Source: Arcobacteraceae bacterium (lineage in GTDB: Bacteria > Campylobacterota > Campylobacteria > Campylobacterales > Arcobacteraceae). Taken from it: 64,000 bases of DNA. The translations under genes were made by a program, and so were the position numbers. Shown piece by piece: positions 20,558 to 32,986 of the stretch; within the stretch, counting starts at the first letter, position 1; every line of letters begins with the position of its first letter. Location: positions 448,001 through 512,000 of the forward strand of contig OY759974.1 of assembly GCA_963662945.1 (NCBI GenBank), read 5' to 3'. The notes under the pieces were generated by a model. It made no database searches and was not told where the DNA came from. It was given only the letters and a program-made list of their open reading frames with translations.

Positions 20558-22024
20558 TTAAGCTCCTACCTCTTCTTTTTCCCATGGTGCTTTTGTATGA
20601 CTCCAAACTGGTGAGTTCATAGCTAAGTCCATATCTTTTGCGAATACTGCGAATGCATCATAACCATGGTATGGTCCAGAGTAATCCCATGAGTGCATTT
20701 GTCTAAATGGTAATCCCATTTTTTGGAATACATATTTCTCTTTAACTCCAGATGCAACTAAATCTGGTTTTAATTTTTGAACAAATTTTTCTAATTCGTA
20801 TTCATTAACATCATCATAGATTAATGTTGATCTTTCTAAATCTTCTTTTGTTCTTTTGTAATCATCACCGTGAGCAAATTCGTAACCTGTTCCGATAACT
20901 TCCATACCTAAATCTTCGTAAGCTCCAATAACGTGTCTTGGTCTTAATCCACCAACGTATAGCATTACTTTTTTACCTTCTAATTTAGGTCTGTATTTAG
21001 CAATAACTTCATCAGTCATTTTTGTATATTTAGCTATTACAGCTTCTGCTTTTTCTTGAACTTCTGGTCCAAAGAACTCAGCAATTTTTCTTAAAGACTC
21101 AGTAGTTTTACTTGGTCCAAAGAAGTTGTACTCCATCCAAGGTATACCAAACTCTTGTTCCATATGTCTTGAAATGTAGTTCATAGATCTATAACAGTGT
21201 AATAAGTTAAGTTTTGCTTTTGGTGCGATAGCCATCTCTTTATATGTAGCATCTCCTGACCATTGTGCAATAACTCTTAATCCCATCTCTTCTAATAATA
21301 TTCTTGAAGCCCAAGCATCTCCACCGATGTTGTAATCTCCAATGATAGCTACGTCAAAATCTGTAGATTCAAAATTTTGTCTGTGTGAAGCATCTGGCAT
21401 AACTTCATCTCTAATCATATCGTTAGCGATATGGTGACCTAAAGATTGAGAAACCCCTCTAAAACCTTCACATGAAACTGCGATTGTTGGTTTATTAGAT
21501 TCTTTTTTATGTACTTTTGCAACAGCTTGAATATCATCCCCGATAAGACCGATTGGACACTCAGATTGAATTGATATACCATTATTTAATGGGAATAACT
21601 CATCAATTTCTGTTAAAGCTTTTTTAAGTTTTGTATCTCCACCGAATACAATATCTTTTTCAGAAAAATCTGTTGTAAAGTTCATTGTTACGAATGTATC
21701 AACACCTGTTGTACCAATGTAGTAGTTTCTTCTACCAGCTCTTGAATATTGTCCACAACCTACTGGTCCGTGAGAAATATGGATCATATCTTTAATTGGT
21801 CCCCATACAACACCCTTAGAACCTGCGTACGCACAACCTCTTTGAGACATTACACCTGGAACAGTTTGTTTATTACTTCTTGTTTTATCACAAGCACCTT
21901 TTACACCCTCTGGGCTATCAACACCTAAGTGCTTTGCTCTGTTTTTTGCAGCTTTTGCAGGGTAAACAGACAGTACCTCTTCGATAGCTTCTTTTTGTAA
22001 AGCTTCTAATTCTTCGTTTGCCAT
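20558..22024 (-). CDS. nifD: Nitrogenase MoFe protein alpha chain
   Basis: [46 protein letters not shown]. Confidence 0.98.
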   Translation of the reverse strand: MANEELEALQKEAIEEVLSVYPAKAAKNRAKHLGVDSPEGVKGACDKTRSNKQTVPGVMSQRGCAYAGSKGVVWGPIKDMIHISHGPVGCGQYSRAGRRNYYIGTTGVDTFVTMNFTTDFSEKDIVFGGDTKLKKALTEIDELFPLNNGISIQSECPIGLIGDDIQAVAKVHKKESNKPTIAVSCEGFRGVSQSLGHHIANDMIRDEVMPDASHRQNFESTDFDVAIIGDYNIGGDAWASRILLEEMGLRVIAQWSGDATYKEMAIAPKAKLNLLHCYRSMNYISRHMEQEFGIPWMEYNFFGPSKTTESLRKIAEFFGPEVQEKAEAVIAKYTKMTDEVIAKYRPKLEGKKVMLYVGGLRPRHVIGAYEDLGMEVIGTGYEFAHGDDYKRTKEDLERSTLIYDDVNEYELEKFVQKLKPDLVASGVKEKYVFQKMGLPFRQMHSWDYSGPYHGYDAFAVFAKDMDLAMNSPVWSHTKAPWEKEEVGA

Positions 22025-22051
22025 AACTTTCCTTTCTTATTTTGAAAGAGG

Positions 22052-22090
22052 AATTAAGAGAACTAAACTCTTAACTCTTAACTCTTAATT
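22052..22090. repeat. Heptamer tandem repeat (ACTCTTA x3) plus an inverted copy
   Basis: ACTCTTA at 22067, 22074, 22081; AATTAAGAG at 22052 complements CTCTTAATT at 22082. Confidence 0.7.
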
Positions 22091-22101
22091 TTTTAACTTA
22101 A

Positions 22102-22461
22102 TTACGCTACTTTAACTCTGTAAAGATTCATATCATCTAATTTTTTACATAAATCTTTTGTAGCTTCTCCATCAACTGATTTAGAGATTTCTGAAATTTG
22201 GTATTTATTTGTGTAATAAATCATTTTGAAATCATCTTTTGCAGCAACTTCAGAATTTGTGTAGTAATCTACAAACGCTGTGTGAGCAAATGTTCCTGCT
22301 GGAACTTCTATAGTTTCTAATTGAACACCTTCTCTTGTTTCACTTGTTAATGTAACAGTTTTACCTGCTGCATCAGTACCTTCTTCTACTTTAGCTATAA
22401 CTTTATCAAAAGCTACATCGTTCCCTTCACTTGCTGGAAAATGATAACCACATACAAACAT
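22102..22461 (-). CDS. Hypothetical 119-aa protein between nifH and nifD
   Basis: AGGAG RBS; same orientation as nifHDK; not P-II-like. Confidence 0.85.
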   Translation of the reverse strand: MFVCGYHFPASEGNDVAFDKVIAKVEEGTDAAGKTVTLTSETREGVQLETIEVPAGTFAHTAFVDYYTNSEVAAKDDFKMIYYTNKYQISEISKSVDGEATKDLCKKLDDMNLYRVKVA

Positions 22462-22564
22462 AATTTTCTCCTGTTGTTTAATTTTTATTTTGTTTATTTT
22501 AATTTTTTTATTTTATACTTGAGGAGTTAACCTCAAGATTTGAAACCTGAAATCTTAATAAATA

Positions 22565-23572
<1,008 letters not shown>

Positions 23573-23776
23573 TTATCTAGTTGCCTTATTTAAGGGCCTT
23601 ATAAGTATTTAAGATAAAAATTATCTTATTTGTTAATTTAAAATTGTTGTTATTTTGTAAGAACATTTTTGGAATTTTTCCATTTACAAAAATGTTTTTG
23701 TAAAATTTATAACTATTTACAAAAAGTAGTTATTAATGTAGAATAGGCAACATTAAATAACTTCTAAAGGGAAATA

Positions 23777-25189
23777 ATGAAAACTCAACTCAAAATGTCT
23801 AACTTACTTAGTATGAAAGTTAGAATATATCTCTATATTTTTTCTTTATCAACTTTACTCTTTTCTCAGAACTATTGTATTAACGTATGTCCTTTTATTG
23901 ATAGTATTACTAATAGTGAACTTGTGTTTAATCTTTTTATAATATTTTTGATACATATTATTGTAAGAGAAATTTTGTATAAAGTATTTAATACCCCATT
24001 TAAAAATTTAACTTTACCTAGACATGCTTATTATTTATCTATTATCTCATGGATGATTGCTGGTATAGCTGCTTTTATATTACATTTTTTTAAATATCCT
24101 ACATTTCCAATAGGAAGTCATATCAAACTTCTTAGCAGTTATTGGATACTTGGTGCTGCAATTTTATCACAGCTTGAATATATATTATTCGAAAAAAGAT
24201 TTAAAGAGATTGCTACGAATGTTGATATTTCTAAATATAATGAAAATATTTCGAAAAGAATAGTTGAGAGCTTTATTATTCTTACTGTTGCCCCAGCAAT
24301 AACTATTTTTTTAATACTAGCTCGATACTATCACGATAATGTTTTTAATAACTCTCATATTATTCAAGAGATAGGTTATGTTATAGCACTATTTGTCATA
24401 ACTGCTATTGCATCATCCCTCCTATTTTCAAAAATGTTAAAAAAAGATACAAAAATGATATTAAAAAATATTAAGAGTATTCAAAATGGTAATTATCAAA
24501 TCAATATTGATATTACAAGAGCTGATGAACTTGGAGAGATATCAAATGCAATAGAACATATGGCTACAAAAATTGATTCTTTAAATCAAGAGATTGTTAG
24601 CACCCAAATGGAAGTTGTAAATAAAATGGGTGAGATAGCTGAAACAAGAAGTAAAGAGACAGGAAATCATGTTAAAAGGGTTGCTCTTTATACAGAAGTT
24701 TTAGCTTTGAAATATGGTATGAGTGAAAAGGAAGCTGAAATTCTAAAACAAGCAAGTCCTATGCACGATATTGGCAAAGTTGGAATTCCTGATAATATTT
24801 TAAATAAAACAGGTCGTCATACTATTGAAGAGTTTGAGATTATGAAAACACATGCACAAATTGGTTATGATATATTAAAGAGTTCTGATCGTCCTATATT
24901 AAAAGCTGCTGCAATAGTTGCTTATGAACATCATGAAAAATGGGATGGAACTGGTTATCCAAGAGGACTAAAAGAGGAAAATATTCATATTTATGGTCGT
25001 ATAACGGCTGTTGCAGATGTATATGATGCACTTGGTAGTGATAGATGTTATAAAAAAGCGTGGGATGAGGGAAAAATTTTAGAATTGTTTCAAGAACAAA
25101 AAGGGAAACATTTTGACCCTACTATTATTGAAATATTTTTTGAAAATATAGATACCTTTAGAAAAATACGAGATAGTTTAAAAGATTAA
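23777..25189 (+). CDS. Membrane-bound HAMP + HD-GYP phosphodiesterase
   Basis: About 6 TM segments, RADELGEI (HAMP), HDIGK, HHEKWDGTGYP. Confidence 0.9.
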   Translation: MKTQLKMSNLLSMKVRIYLYIFSLSTLLFSQNYCINVCPFIDSITNSELVFNLFIIFLIHIIVREILYKVFNTPFKNLTLPRHAYYLSIISWMIAGIAAFILHFFKYPTFPIGSHIKLLSSYWILGAAILSQLEYILFEKRFKEIATNVDISKYNENISKRIVESFIILTVAPAITIFLILARYYHDNVFNNSHIIQEIGYVIALFVITAIASSLLFSKMLKKDTKMILKNIKSIQNGNYQINIDITRADELGEISNAIEHMATKIDSLNQEIVSTQMEVVNKMGEIAETRSKETGNHVKRVALYTEVLALKYGMSEKEAEILKQASPMHDIGKVGIPDNILNKTGRHTIEEFEIMKTHAQIGYDILKSSDRPILKAAAIVAYEHHEKWDGTGYPRGLKEENIHIYGRITAVADVYDALGSDRCYKKAWDEGKILELFQEQKGKHFDPTIIEIFFENIDTFRKIRDSLKD

Positions 25190-25200
25190 AACTAAATAAA

Positions 25201-25232
25201 AAAACTCCCCAAGGATAACCTTGAGGAGTTTT
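25201..25232. terminator. Bidirectional terminator between HD-GYP gene and glnK
   Basis: AAAACTCCCCAAGG-ATAA-CCTTGAGGAGTTTT. Confidence 0.78.
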
Positions 25233-25282
25233 AGAGTTGAGTAAAACTTTAGTTTTAATTCATAGAGTATTAGTATAAAATA

Positions 25283-25633
<351 letters not shown>

Positions 25634-25636
25634 CTA

Positions 25637-26851
25637 TTATGCTTTTTTGAATTCTGGGTAACATTCAAGACCTGTCTCATGAATATCTAAACCATTGATT
25701 TCTGTCTCTTCATCTACTCTTAATCCAACGATCATATCTAGTATTTTCCAGATTATGAATGAAACGATAAATACGAATGCTCCAATTACTACTACACCTT
25801 TAAGTTGTGCCATAAATGTTGCACTTTCTGTAAATAATCCTACTGCTAATGTTCCCCAGATACCTGCTACTAAGTGAACTGATAATGCACCAACTGGATC
25901 ATCTATTCTTAGTTTATCAAAGAAAGGAACTGCTACTACTACTATTAAAGCACCTACTGCACCTACACCGAATGCGTACATCATACCTGCATCTGGAGCT
26001 GCTGTTACAGAAACTAGACCTGCTAATGCACCATTTAATACCATTGTTAAATCAACTTTTTTATAAAGTATTTGAGTTAAGATTGCTGCTACTATTGAAC
26101 CTGTTGCTGCTGCCATATTTGTATTTGCAACTACCATAGCAATACCAGTAATATCATCTTTAGAACCTAATGCTAATTGAGAACCACCATTAAATCCGAA
26201 CCATCCCATCCATAGAATGAATGTACCTAAAGTTGCCAGAGTAAGGTTTGAACCTGGAATTGGTTTTACTTTACCATCTGCTGTATATTTACCTTTTCTT
26301 GCACCAATGATTAGAACACCTGCTAAAGCTGCCCAACCACCAACACTGTGAACGATTGTAGAACCAGCGAAGTCAGAGAATCCTGCTAATATACCACCAA
26401 GTTCTGATCCACCCCATGTCCAGTGACCTTGTAGAGGATAAATTACACCACTTAAAAGAACAACGAAGATTAGGAATGGCCATAATTTCATTCTTTCTGC
26501 TACTGATCCACTAATTACTGAAGCAGCTGTTGCTACGAACATTACTTGGAAGAAGAAATCTGATGCTTTTGGGTATGTTGCATCTGCTGCATTTGCCATA
26601 TCTACTACTGATAAGCTTCCCATAAATGCTCCACCTTCTCCATACATTAGGTCATAACCTATGAAGTAGTACATTATACAACTAATTGAGAACAATGCTA
26701 AATTCTTTGTTAAGATTGTTGCATTATTTTTTGATCTTGTAAGACCTGCCTCTAACATCGCGAATCCTGCTGCCATCCACATAACTAGTATACCTGAAAT
26801 AACGAACAAGAATCCATCTAAGATAAACTTGACATCATTGAAATTTTCCAT
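25637..26851 (-). CDS. amtB: Ammonium transporter
   Basis: DFAGSTIVHSVGG, WFGFNGGS, DDPVGALSVH. Confidence 0.95.
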   Translation of the reverse strand: MENFNDVKFILDGFLFVISGILVMWMAAGFAMLEAGLTRSKNNATILTKNLALFSISCIMYYFIGYDLMYGEGGAFMGSLSVVDMANAADATYPKASDFFFQVMFVATAASVISGSVAERMKLWPFLIFVVLLSGVIYPLQGHWTWGGSELGGILAGFSDFAGSTIVHSVGGWAALAGVLIIGARKGKYTADGKVKPIPGSNLTLATLGTFILWMGWFGFNGGSQLALGSKDDITGIAMVVANTNMAAATGSIVAAILTQILYKKVDLTMVLNGALAGLVSVTAAPDAGMMYAFGVGAVGALIVVVAVPFFDKLRIDDPVGALSVHLVAGIWGTLAVGLFTESATFMAQLKGVVVIGAFVFIVSFIIWKILDMIVGLRVDEETEINGLDIHETGLECYPEFKKA

Positions 26852-26936
26852 CTTGGAACTCCTTTTATTTTAATACCATTTTTGATATTTGTAAATAAAT
26901 TATTACATATTTTTTTTATTATTTTTTCATATATTG

Positions 26937-26953
26937 TGTATATATTTTATACA
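26937..26953. promoter_or_regulatory. 17-bp palindromic operator upstream of amtB
   Basis: TGTATA-TATTT-TATACA; same motif upstream of glnA. Confidence 0.6.
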
Positions 26954-26974
26954 TTACGCATAAATTTTTATTAT

Positions 26975-27007
26975 AAAAAAAGGGTGATAGGAAAACCTAT
27001 CACCCTT
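26975..27007 (-). terminator. glnA terminator
   Basis: AAGGGTGATAGG-N4-CCTATCACCCTT plus T-run. Confidence 0.88.
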
Positions 27008-27033
27008 CCAAATAGTTTTTAACTATTTAATTA

Positions 27034-28461
27034 TTAACAAGAATAAGTACTAATAAACTCAAACGCAGTTGGTCTAGCTTCATCTGGCCAAACTTGTGTT
27101 TCAAATTTATATCCTTGGTAAGTATCTATAAATTCTTTTGTAAATACAGGTTGTAAGAATTCATTATCTCTAATTAAAGCTTCTAAAGAACCTCTTAATG
27201 TATGTGGCATTTGAGGAATACCTTTCTCTCTAATCTCATCTAAACTTAATTCAAATAAATCTTCATCCATTGGTCCTACTGGTACATCTTTATTTTTAAT
27301 ACCATCAAGTCCAGCCATCATCATAGCTGCAAATGCTAAATATGGACAAGCTGTTGAATCTGGGAATCTCATCTCAATTCTTGTTGCTTTTTCACCAGCT
27401 CCATAAGGGATTCTACAAGATGCAGATCTATTTTGTGAAGAGTATGTAAGAATTGAAGGTGCTTCAAATCCTGGGATTAATCTTTTGTATGAGTTTGTTG
27501 ATGGATTTGTAAATGCAGCAACTGCTCTTGCGTGTTTAAAAATTCCACCTACATAGTTTAATGCCATCTCTGAAAGATTTCCGTATCCACCTTCTTTGTA
27601 GAATAAGTTTTTACCATCTTTCCATAATGATTGGTGTACGTGCATACCATTTCCATTATCACCATAAAGTGGTTTTGGCATAAATGTACAAGTTTTACCA
27701 TTTAAGTGTGCAACCATTTTACATACATATTTGTATTTTTGTACATTATCTGCAGCTCCAATGATATCTGAGAATACTACTCCAATTTCACCTTGTGCTT
27801 GTGCAACTTCGTGGTGTCCAAGAACAACTTCTAAACCAACCTCTTCAAGAACTTGCATCATCTCTGCTCTTAAATCTACCATAGAATCTGTTGGTTGTAC
27901 TGGGAAGTATCCACCTTTTGTTCTTGGTCTATGTCCCATATTTCCACCATCGATTTCATATGAATCAGCCCATAAACCTTCAGAAGAGTCAACTTTGTAT
28001 CCAGCTTCGTTAATATTATCAATAAACTGAACATCATCAAAAATAAAGAATTCATTTTCTGGACCAAAATATGCTGCATCAGCTATACCTAAATCTTCTG
28101 CATATTTTAATGCTTTTTTAGCAATACTTCTTGGACATTTTTCATACATTTGTCCTTTATAAATATCATATACATCACAGAATAAGATAACTGTACTATC
28201 TGCTGTAAATGGATCTAAAAATGCTGTAGCAACATCTGGTTTTAATAACATATCTGATTTATTAATTGGTTGCCATGCATCTACAGAACTTCCATCAAAT
28301 GGCATACCATTTGTTAAGTTATCTTTATTTACTGCGCTATACATATAAGTTAAATGATGCCAAGCACCTTTAATATCTGTAAATCTTAAATCTACAAATT
28401 TAACCTCATTCTCATCACAAAACTTAAAAAACTCTTCTACATTGTTTACAAATTTTCCCAT
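27034..28461 (-). CDS. glnA: Glutamine synthetase type I
   Basis: [47 protein letters not shown]. Confidence 0.97.
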   Translation of the reverse strand: MGKFVNNVEEFFKFCDENEVKFVDLRFTDIKGAWHHLTYMYSAVNKDNLTNGMPFDGSSVDAWQPINKSDMLLKPDVATAFLDPFTADSTVILFCDVYDIYKGQMYEKCPRSIAKKALKYAEDLGIADAAYFGPENEFFIFDDVQFIDNINEAGYKVDSSEGLWADSYEIDGGNMGHRPRTKGGYFPVQPTDSMVDLRAEMMQVLEEVGLEVVLGHHEVAQAQGEIGVVFSDIIGAADNVQKYKYVCKMVAHLNGKTCTFMPKPLYGDNGNGMHVHQSLWKDGKNLFYKEGGYGNLSEMALNYVGGIFKHARAVAAFTNPSTNSYKRLIPGFEAPSILTYSSQNRSASCRIPYGAGEKATRIEMRFPDSTACPYLAFAAMMMAGLDGIKNKDVPVGPMDEDLFELSLDEIREKGIPQMPHTLRGSLEALIRDNEFLQPVFTKEFIDTYQGYKFETQVWPDEARPTAFEFISTYSC

Positions 28462-28536
28462 TTGTTCTCTCCCTTTTTTTCTTGTTAATTTAACGCGATT
28501 ATGATGACATAAAATACAATAAAATAAAAGTGTTTT

Positions 28537-28557
28537 ATTGTATATATATTATACAAT
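28537..28557. promoter_or_regulatory. Palindromic operator upstream of glnA
   Basis: ATTGTATA-TATAT-TATACAAT. Confidence 0.6.
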
Positions 28558-28564
28558 ATCACTT

Positions 28565-29149
28565 TTATTTATTTTTTTCTATAACTTTATCTATTAAACC
28601 ATATTGAAGTGCTTCTTCTGCACTCATAAAATTATCTCTTTCAGTATCTTTTTCTACTGTTTTAATATCTTGTCCTGTTTGTTCTGATAATAAATGATTT
28701 AACAACTCTTTTATTCTTAATATCTCTTTTGCTTGAATAGCTATATCTGTAGCTTGACCTTGCGCTCCACCTAATGGTTGGTGTATCATAATTCTACTAT
28801 GTGGTAAAGAATATCTTTTCCCTTTTGTTCCTGAACTTAATAAAAAAGCACCCATTGAAGCTGCTTGTCCTATACAAATAGTACAAATATCTGGTTTGAT
28901 ATAATTCATAGTATCAAAGATTGACATACCACTTGTAATAACTCCACCAGGAGAGTTAATGTAAAGGTAAATATCTTTTTCTGGATCTTCTGCTTCTAAA
29001 AATAGTAACTGTGCAACTATTGTTGATGCTACAGCATCATTTACTTCACCACTTAACATAATAATTCTATCTTTTAAAAGACGAGAGTAAATATCGTAAC
29101 TTCTCTCCCCTCTTCCACTTTGCTCAACCACATAAGGTATATAACTCAT
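28565..29149 (-). CDS. clpP: Clp protease proteolytic subunit; start MSYIPY at 29149
   Basis: [42 protein letters not shown]. Confidence 0.95.
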   Translation of the reverse strand: MSYIPYVVEQSGRGERSYDIYSRLLKDRIIMLSGEVNDAVASTIVAQLLFLEAEDPEKDIYLYINSPGGVITSGMSIFDTMNYIKPDICTICIGQAASMGAFLLSSGTKGKRYSLPHSRIMIHQPLGGAQGQATDIAIQAKEILRIKELLNHLLSEQTGQDIKTVEKDTERDNFMSAEEALQYGLIDKVIEKNK

Positions 29150-29182
29150 ATTAATCCTTTTTGACAATTTGATCTAATTTCT

Positions 29183-30163
29183 TTAAACCGGTAAAACCCT
29201 AATATTTTCATCCACTTTTTGTTTCAATGTAGACTCAATAGCATACAATGTTCCTGTACTTCCTGTTGAACAAGATGAACATGCTCCTAGATATCTTATA
29301 TAGATATCATAGTATGGTGTATTTTCTTTAATATCAATAATTTCCATATCTCCACCATCCATTACTAACATTGGTCTAATATATTCTTCTATAATTGCAT
29401 CTACTGCTTTGATTCTTTGAACTATTGTCATTTTATCAAATGAGTTTTCACCACTTTGTGTTGTATCTGCTGCTGCACTTAATTTCTCTTGTTCCATTGA
29501 TGCTTTTACTTCTGCTAAGATATCTACTAGATATACATCTTTTGCTTCATGTCCACCTGGGCGGATACATGATTTACAGTAACTTCCTGCTGTTGTTTTC
29601 TCAATAATCTCTTCTACTGTTTGAAGGTTATTTTCTCTTATTGCATCTACGATATCTTTTCTTGTTTTTCTTGCACATTCACAAACGATATCTTGGTTTT
29701 CTATTTCACTTCGCTCAACTCCTTTGTATTGTGCTGCTGCTTCAAGGATTACATCGTATGCCATTACTGAACAATGCATCTTTTGAGGTGGAACTGCTGG
29801 AGTATTTGGTTCATCTCTTAAAAATGCTTCCACTTCTGTATTTGTAATATGGATTGCATCATCTACTTTTCTACCGATACATAGTTCTGCCATAGCATCA
29901 CTTGAAGCAATAGCTGTACCACAACCGAAGCTTCTAAATTTTGAATCAAGGATTGTATCTGTTTTTTCATCTACCAACCAGTAAAGTCTTACTGCATCAC
30001 CACAAGACTCTGCACCAAAGTCTGCAACAATTAATCTTGCACCTACTTTATCTGCATCTTCTTGAGTAAATTCACCAAGTGCTCTTGGGTTATTCATTCT
30101 ATCTTGTACTTTTCTACTATATTGTTCCCAAACGTTTCCTGTAACTAATTCATCTCTTGCCAT
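29183..30163 (-). CDS. nifU: Three-domain Fe-S scaffold NifU
   Basis: SCGDAV, FGCGTAIA, KMHCS, VCEC..YCKSC, GACSSC. Confidence 0.93.
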   Translation of the reverse strand: MARDELVTGNVWEQYSRKVQDRMNNPRALGEFTQEDADKVGARLIVADFGAESCGDAVRLYWLVDEKTDTILDSKFRSFGCGTAIASSDAMAELCIGRKVDDAIHITNTEVEAFLRDEPNTPAVPPQKMHCSVMAYDVILEAAAQYKGVERSEIENQDIVCECARKTRKDIVDAIRENNLQTVEEIIEKTTAGSYCKSCIRPGGHEAKDVYLVDILAEVKASMEQEKLSAAADTTQSGENSFDKMTIVQRIKAVDAIIEEYIRPMLVMDGGDMEIIDIKENTPYYDIYIRYLGACSSCSTGSTGTLYAIESTLKQKVDENIRVLPV

Positions 30164-30197
30164 AATATTTTTCCTTTATAATTTATTCTCTATTGTA

Positions 30198-31391
30198 TTA
30201 ATCGTGTAAGTGTACACTAAAAGCTTGTTGTTTTGCATACGTCATAGATATATTTCTAAGACGAACTACAGTTGACTTCACTTTCTCAATAACATAATCT
30301 ATCTCTTCTTCTGTTGTAAATTTACTCAATGCAAACATTACTGTTGCATTTGCTATCTCTGTTTTTTCACCTAATGCTTCAACTACTGCACTTGATTCTA
30401 AATCTTCACTTGAACAGCTTGAACCTGTTGAGATATAGATACCATGTTGATTCATATCCCAAAGCATCGCTTCCCCTTCAACACCTCTAAAAGAGATTGC
30501 TACAAGGTTTTTGAGTCTTTTTACTCTTGGTACATAAGATTTTGTATCTGGTATTTTTAGAAGTTCATCTTCTAGTTTATTTCTCAATTTTTGTGTTGTA
30601 TGATCCATAAAAGAGAGGTTTATATTTGCTAGTTCTACAGCTTTTGCCATTGCTGCAACACCGTTATTATAAAGAGACCCACCTCTTTTTCCACCCATTA
30701 CATTTTTTGCACCATGGATAAGTGTTGTATATGGCGCTCCTGCTTTTATATACATTAAACCTACACCTTTTGGTCCATGGAATTTATGTGCTGAACAGGT
30801 AAAGTAATCTACACCTAAGTCTCTTACATCTACTTTCATTTTCCCCATTGCTTGGGCACCATCACTATGGAAGTATACGTTATGTTTTTTTGCAATTTCA
30901 CTTATTTTTTTAATATCTTGCACTGCACCTGTTTCATTTGAAGCCATAAGAACAGAGATTAAACATGTTTGAGGAGTAATTGCTTTTTCTAGTTCATCTA
31001 ATTTAACAAGACCATTTACATCTGTTCCTACGTAAGTAACTGCCATACCCATATCTTTACAGAATTTCAGTGGAGATTTTATACTTGAGTGTTCTGCCAC
31101 TGTTGAAATGATATGATTTCTACTATCACCTTTTAGGAAGTTATGCAAAAATGTTTTTATTACTGCGTTATTCCCTTCTGTTGTTGAAGAGGTGATGATA
31201 ATATCATCTGCATCATCTGCACCTATTCCTTCATACAATGTATCATAGGCATCATTTAACAATTTTCTTGCTTCTATACCTTTATTATAGATTACATTTA
31301 TATTTCCGAACTTCTCTATACTCTCACAGTAAACCTTCTGTACTTTTGGGTCTATTGGGGTTGTTGAGTTATTATCTAAGTATACTTCCAT
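30198..31391 (-). CDS. nifS: Cysteine desulfurase NifS
   Basis: YLDNNSTT, SAHKFHGPKG, STGSSCSS. Confidence 0.92.
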   Translation of the reverse strand: MEVYLDNNSTTPIDPKVQKVYCESIEKFGNINVIYNKGIEARKLLNDAYDTLYEGIGADDADDIIITSSTTEGNNAVIKTFLHNFLKGDSRNHIISTVAEHSSIKSPLKFCKDMGMAVTYVGTDVNGLVKLDELEKAITPQTCLISVLMASNETGAVQDIKKISEIAKKHNVYFHSDGAQAMGKMKVDVRDLGVDYFTCSAHKFHGPKGVGLMYIKAGAPYTTLIHGAKNVMGGKRGGSLYNNGVAAMAKAVELANINLSFMDHTTQKLRNKLEDELLKIPDTKSYVPRVKRLKNLVAISFRGVEGEAMLWDMNQHGIYISTGSSCSSEDLESSAVVEALGEKTEIANATVMFALSKFTTEEEIDYVIEKVKSTVVRLRNISMTYAKQQAFSVHLHD

Positions 31392-31416
31392 TATATTATT
31401 TTCCTTTTTTATTATA

Positions 31417-31758
31417 TTAATTTTGTTCTGAAACTTTACACGTGAAACAATTTATCTGATCTTTACAATCCTCACACGCAGGAGCAATTTCACCAATACT
31501 ATCGTATATAAATTTTTTCCATAATTTGTCTTGTGGTTTCAAATCAAACAAAACTGGAAAATGTTCTTTCATAAATTTACCCATCTCTAGCCTGCTTTTA
31601 AAACCCAAATCTTGATAAAGATGATTTTCCATTAATGAAGTTTTCGCAACATGTACTGAGATAATATCTCTTGCTCTATCATTTTTTGCATATTCTTGTA
31701 AAAAGGATATCACCTTTTGTTCTAATATTTTTAACGGCGTTTCACTTTTTATACTCAT
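31417..31758 (-). CDS. nifQ: Short NifQ protein
   Basis: NHLYQDLG..SR.EM..FM..HFP.L..K.WKKF.Y..APACEDC. Confidence 0.85.
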   Translation of the reverse strand: MSIKSETPLKILEQKVISFLQEYAKNDRARDIISVHVAKTSLMENHLYQDLGFKSRLEMGKFMKEHFPVLFDLKPQDKLWKKFIYDSIGEIAPACEDCKDQINCFTCKVSEQN

Positions 31759-32975
31759 AATGTCATCTCCATCATTTTACCATTTACAATTTCACCAAAT
31801 TCTACCCCAAATTCAAAACAATCCATTAGTTCTTCTTTTGTTGGAATAAGTTTGATTTTTTTAGGTTCTAAGGGAACTCGAAATTTTAAATTTTTTAATC
31901 GTCCTTGCATCATATCTACAGCTTCGCCACTCCACCCATACGAGCCAAAACAACCACCAAATTTTCCTTTTTTCTCTAATAACATCATACAGCTAAGTAG
32001 ATCCCAAACAGGCTTTGGAACATCCCCATTAATTGTTGGACTTCCTATAATAATACCTGTACTCTCTTCTAAAATTGTAAGCATATTTTGTTCATCAAGT
32101 GCAGTTAAATCATAAATATTTGCTATTAAATTATCATTTGATTCAATACCATCATAAATACTTTCTGCCATATCTTTTGTATTTTTATAACTTGTTACAT
32201 AAAAAATTGAAACAACTTTTTTACCATGTCGTAAATCTTCTTTATTACTCCATTTTGCATACTTATCTATGTATTTTTGAGGATCATTTCGCATAATTGG
32301 ACCATGAAGATTACAAATCATATCAATTTTACATTTTTCATACAATCGTAAAGCATTTAAAACATCTGTTTTAAATGGTCGCATAATATGGTCATAATAG
32401 TATTTAAATGCATAGTCAAAATCTCCCACTAAATCATCAAATAACCTATCATCAAAATAATGGCTTCCAAAAACATCACCACTAAATAATATCTCATCTT
32501 CTACTAAATAACTACTCATAGTTTCAGGCCAATGAAGATTTGGTGTACTTAAAAACTTTAATGTTTTATTTCCAATTTTAAGTTCTTTATTTGTCCAAAC
32601 ATTTTCAAGATTCATATCATCTGTTTTAGCAATTGATTTTAACATAGGACGAGCCATAGGAGAGATAAATACTTTAGCATTGTTTGTTCGTTTAACTAGT
32701 TCAGGTAAAGCACCACTGTGATCTGGTTCTAAGTGGTGCATCACAATATATTTTATATCTTCATATTTACAAACAGATTCTATTTTTTTGAAAAACTCAT
32801 CTTGAAACTCTAACTTAACAGTATCAAAGATTACAATACCATCTGTTGTTTTAAGCAAATAAGAATTATAAGTAGTACCATTTGCCGTTTTCATAATAAT
32901 GTCAAATGTTCGAATATCTGGGTCACTGACCCCAATATAAAAAAGGTCTTTTTTTATTTGTATTGCTTGTTTCAT
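31755..32975 (-). CDS. fprA: Flavodiiron protein (FprA/A-type flavoprotein)
   Basis: GTTYNSYL, HLEPDHSG, LHWPE, GSPTIN, FGSYGWSGEA. Confidence 0.92.
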   Translation of the reverse strand: MKQAIQIKKDLFYIGVSDPDIRTFDIIMKTANGTTYNSYLLKTTDGIVIFDTVKLEFQDEFFKKIESVCKYEDIKYIVMHHLEPDHSGALPELVKRTNNAKVFISPMARPMLKSIAKTDDMNLENVWTNKELKIGNKTLKFLSTPNLHWPETMSSYLVEDEILFSGDVFGSHYFDDRLFDDLVGDFDYAFKYYYDHIMRPFKTDVLNALRLYEKCKIDMICNLHGPIMRNDPQKYIDKYAKWSNKEDLRHGKKVVSIFYVTSYKNTKDMAESIYDGIESNDNLIANIYDLTALDEQNMLTILEESTGIIIGSPTINGDVPKPVWDLLSCMMLLEKKGKFGGCFGSYGWSGEAVDMMQGRLKNLKFRVPLEPKKIKLIPTKEELMDCFEFGVEFGEIVNGKMMEMTL

Positions 32976-32986
32976 AGTTATCTTTA

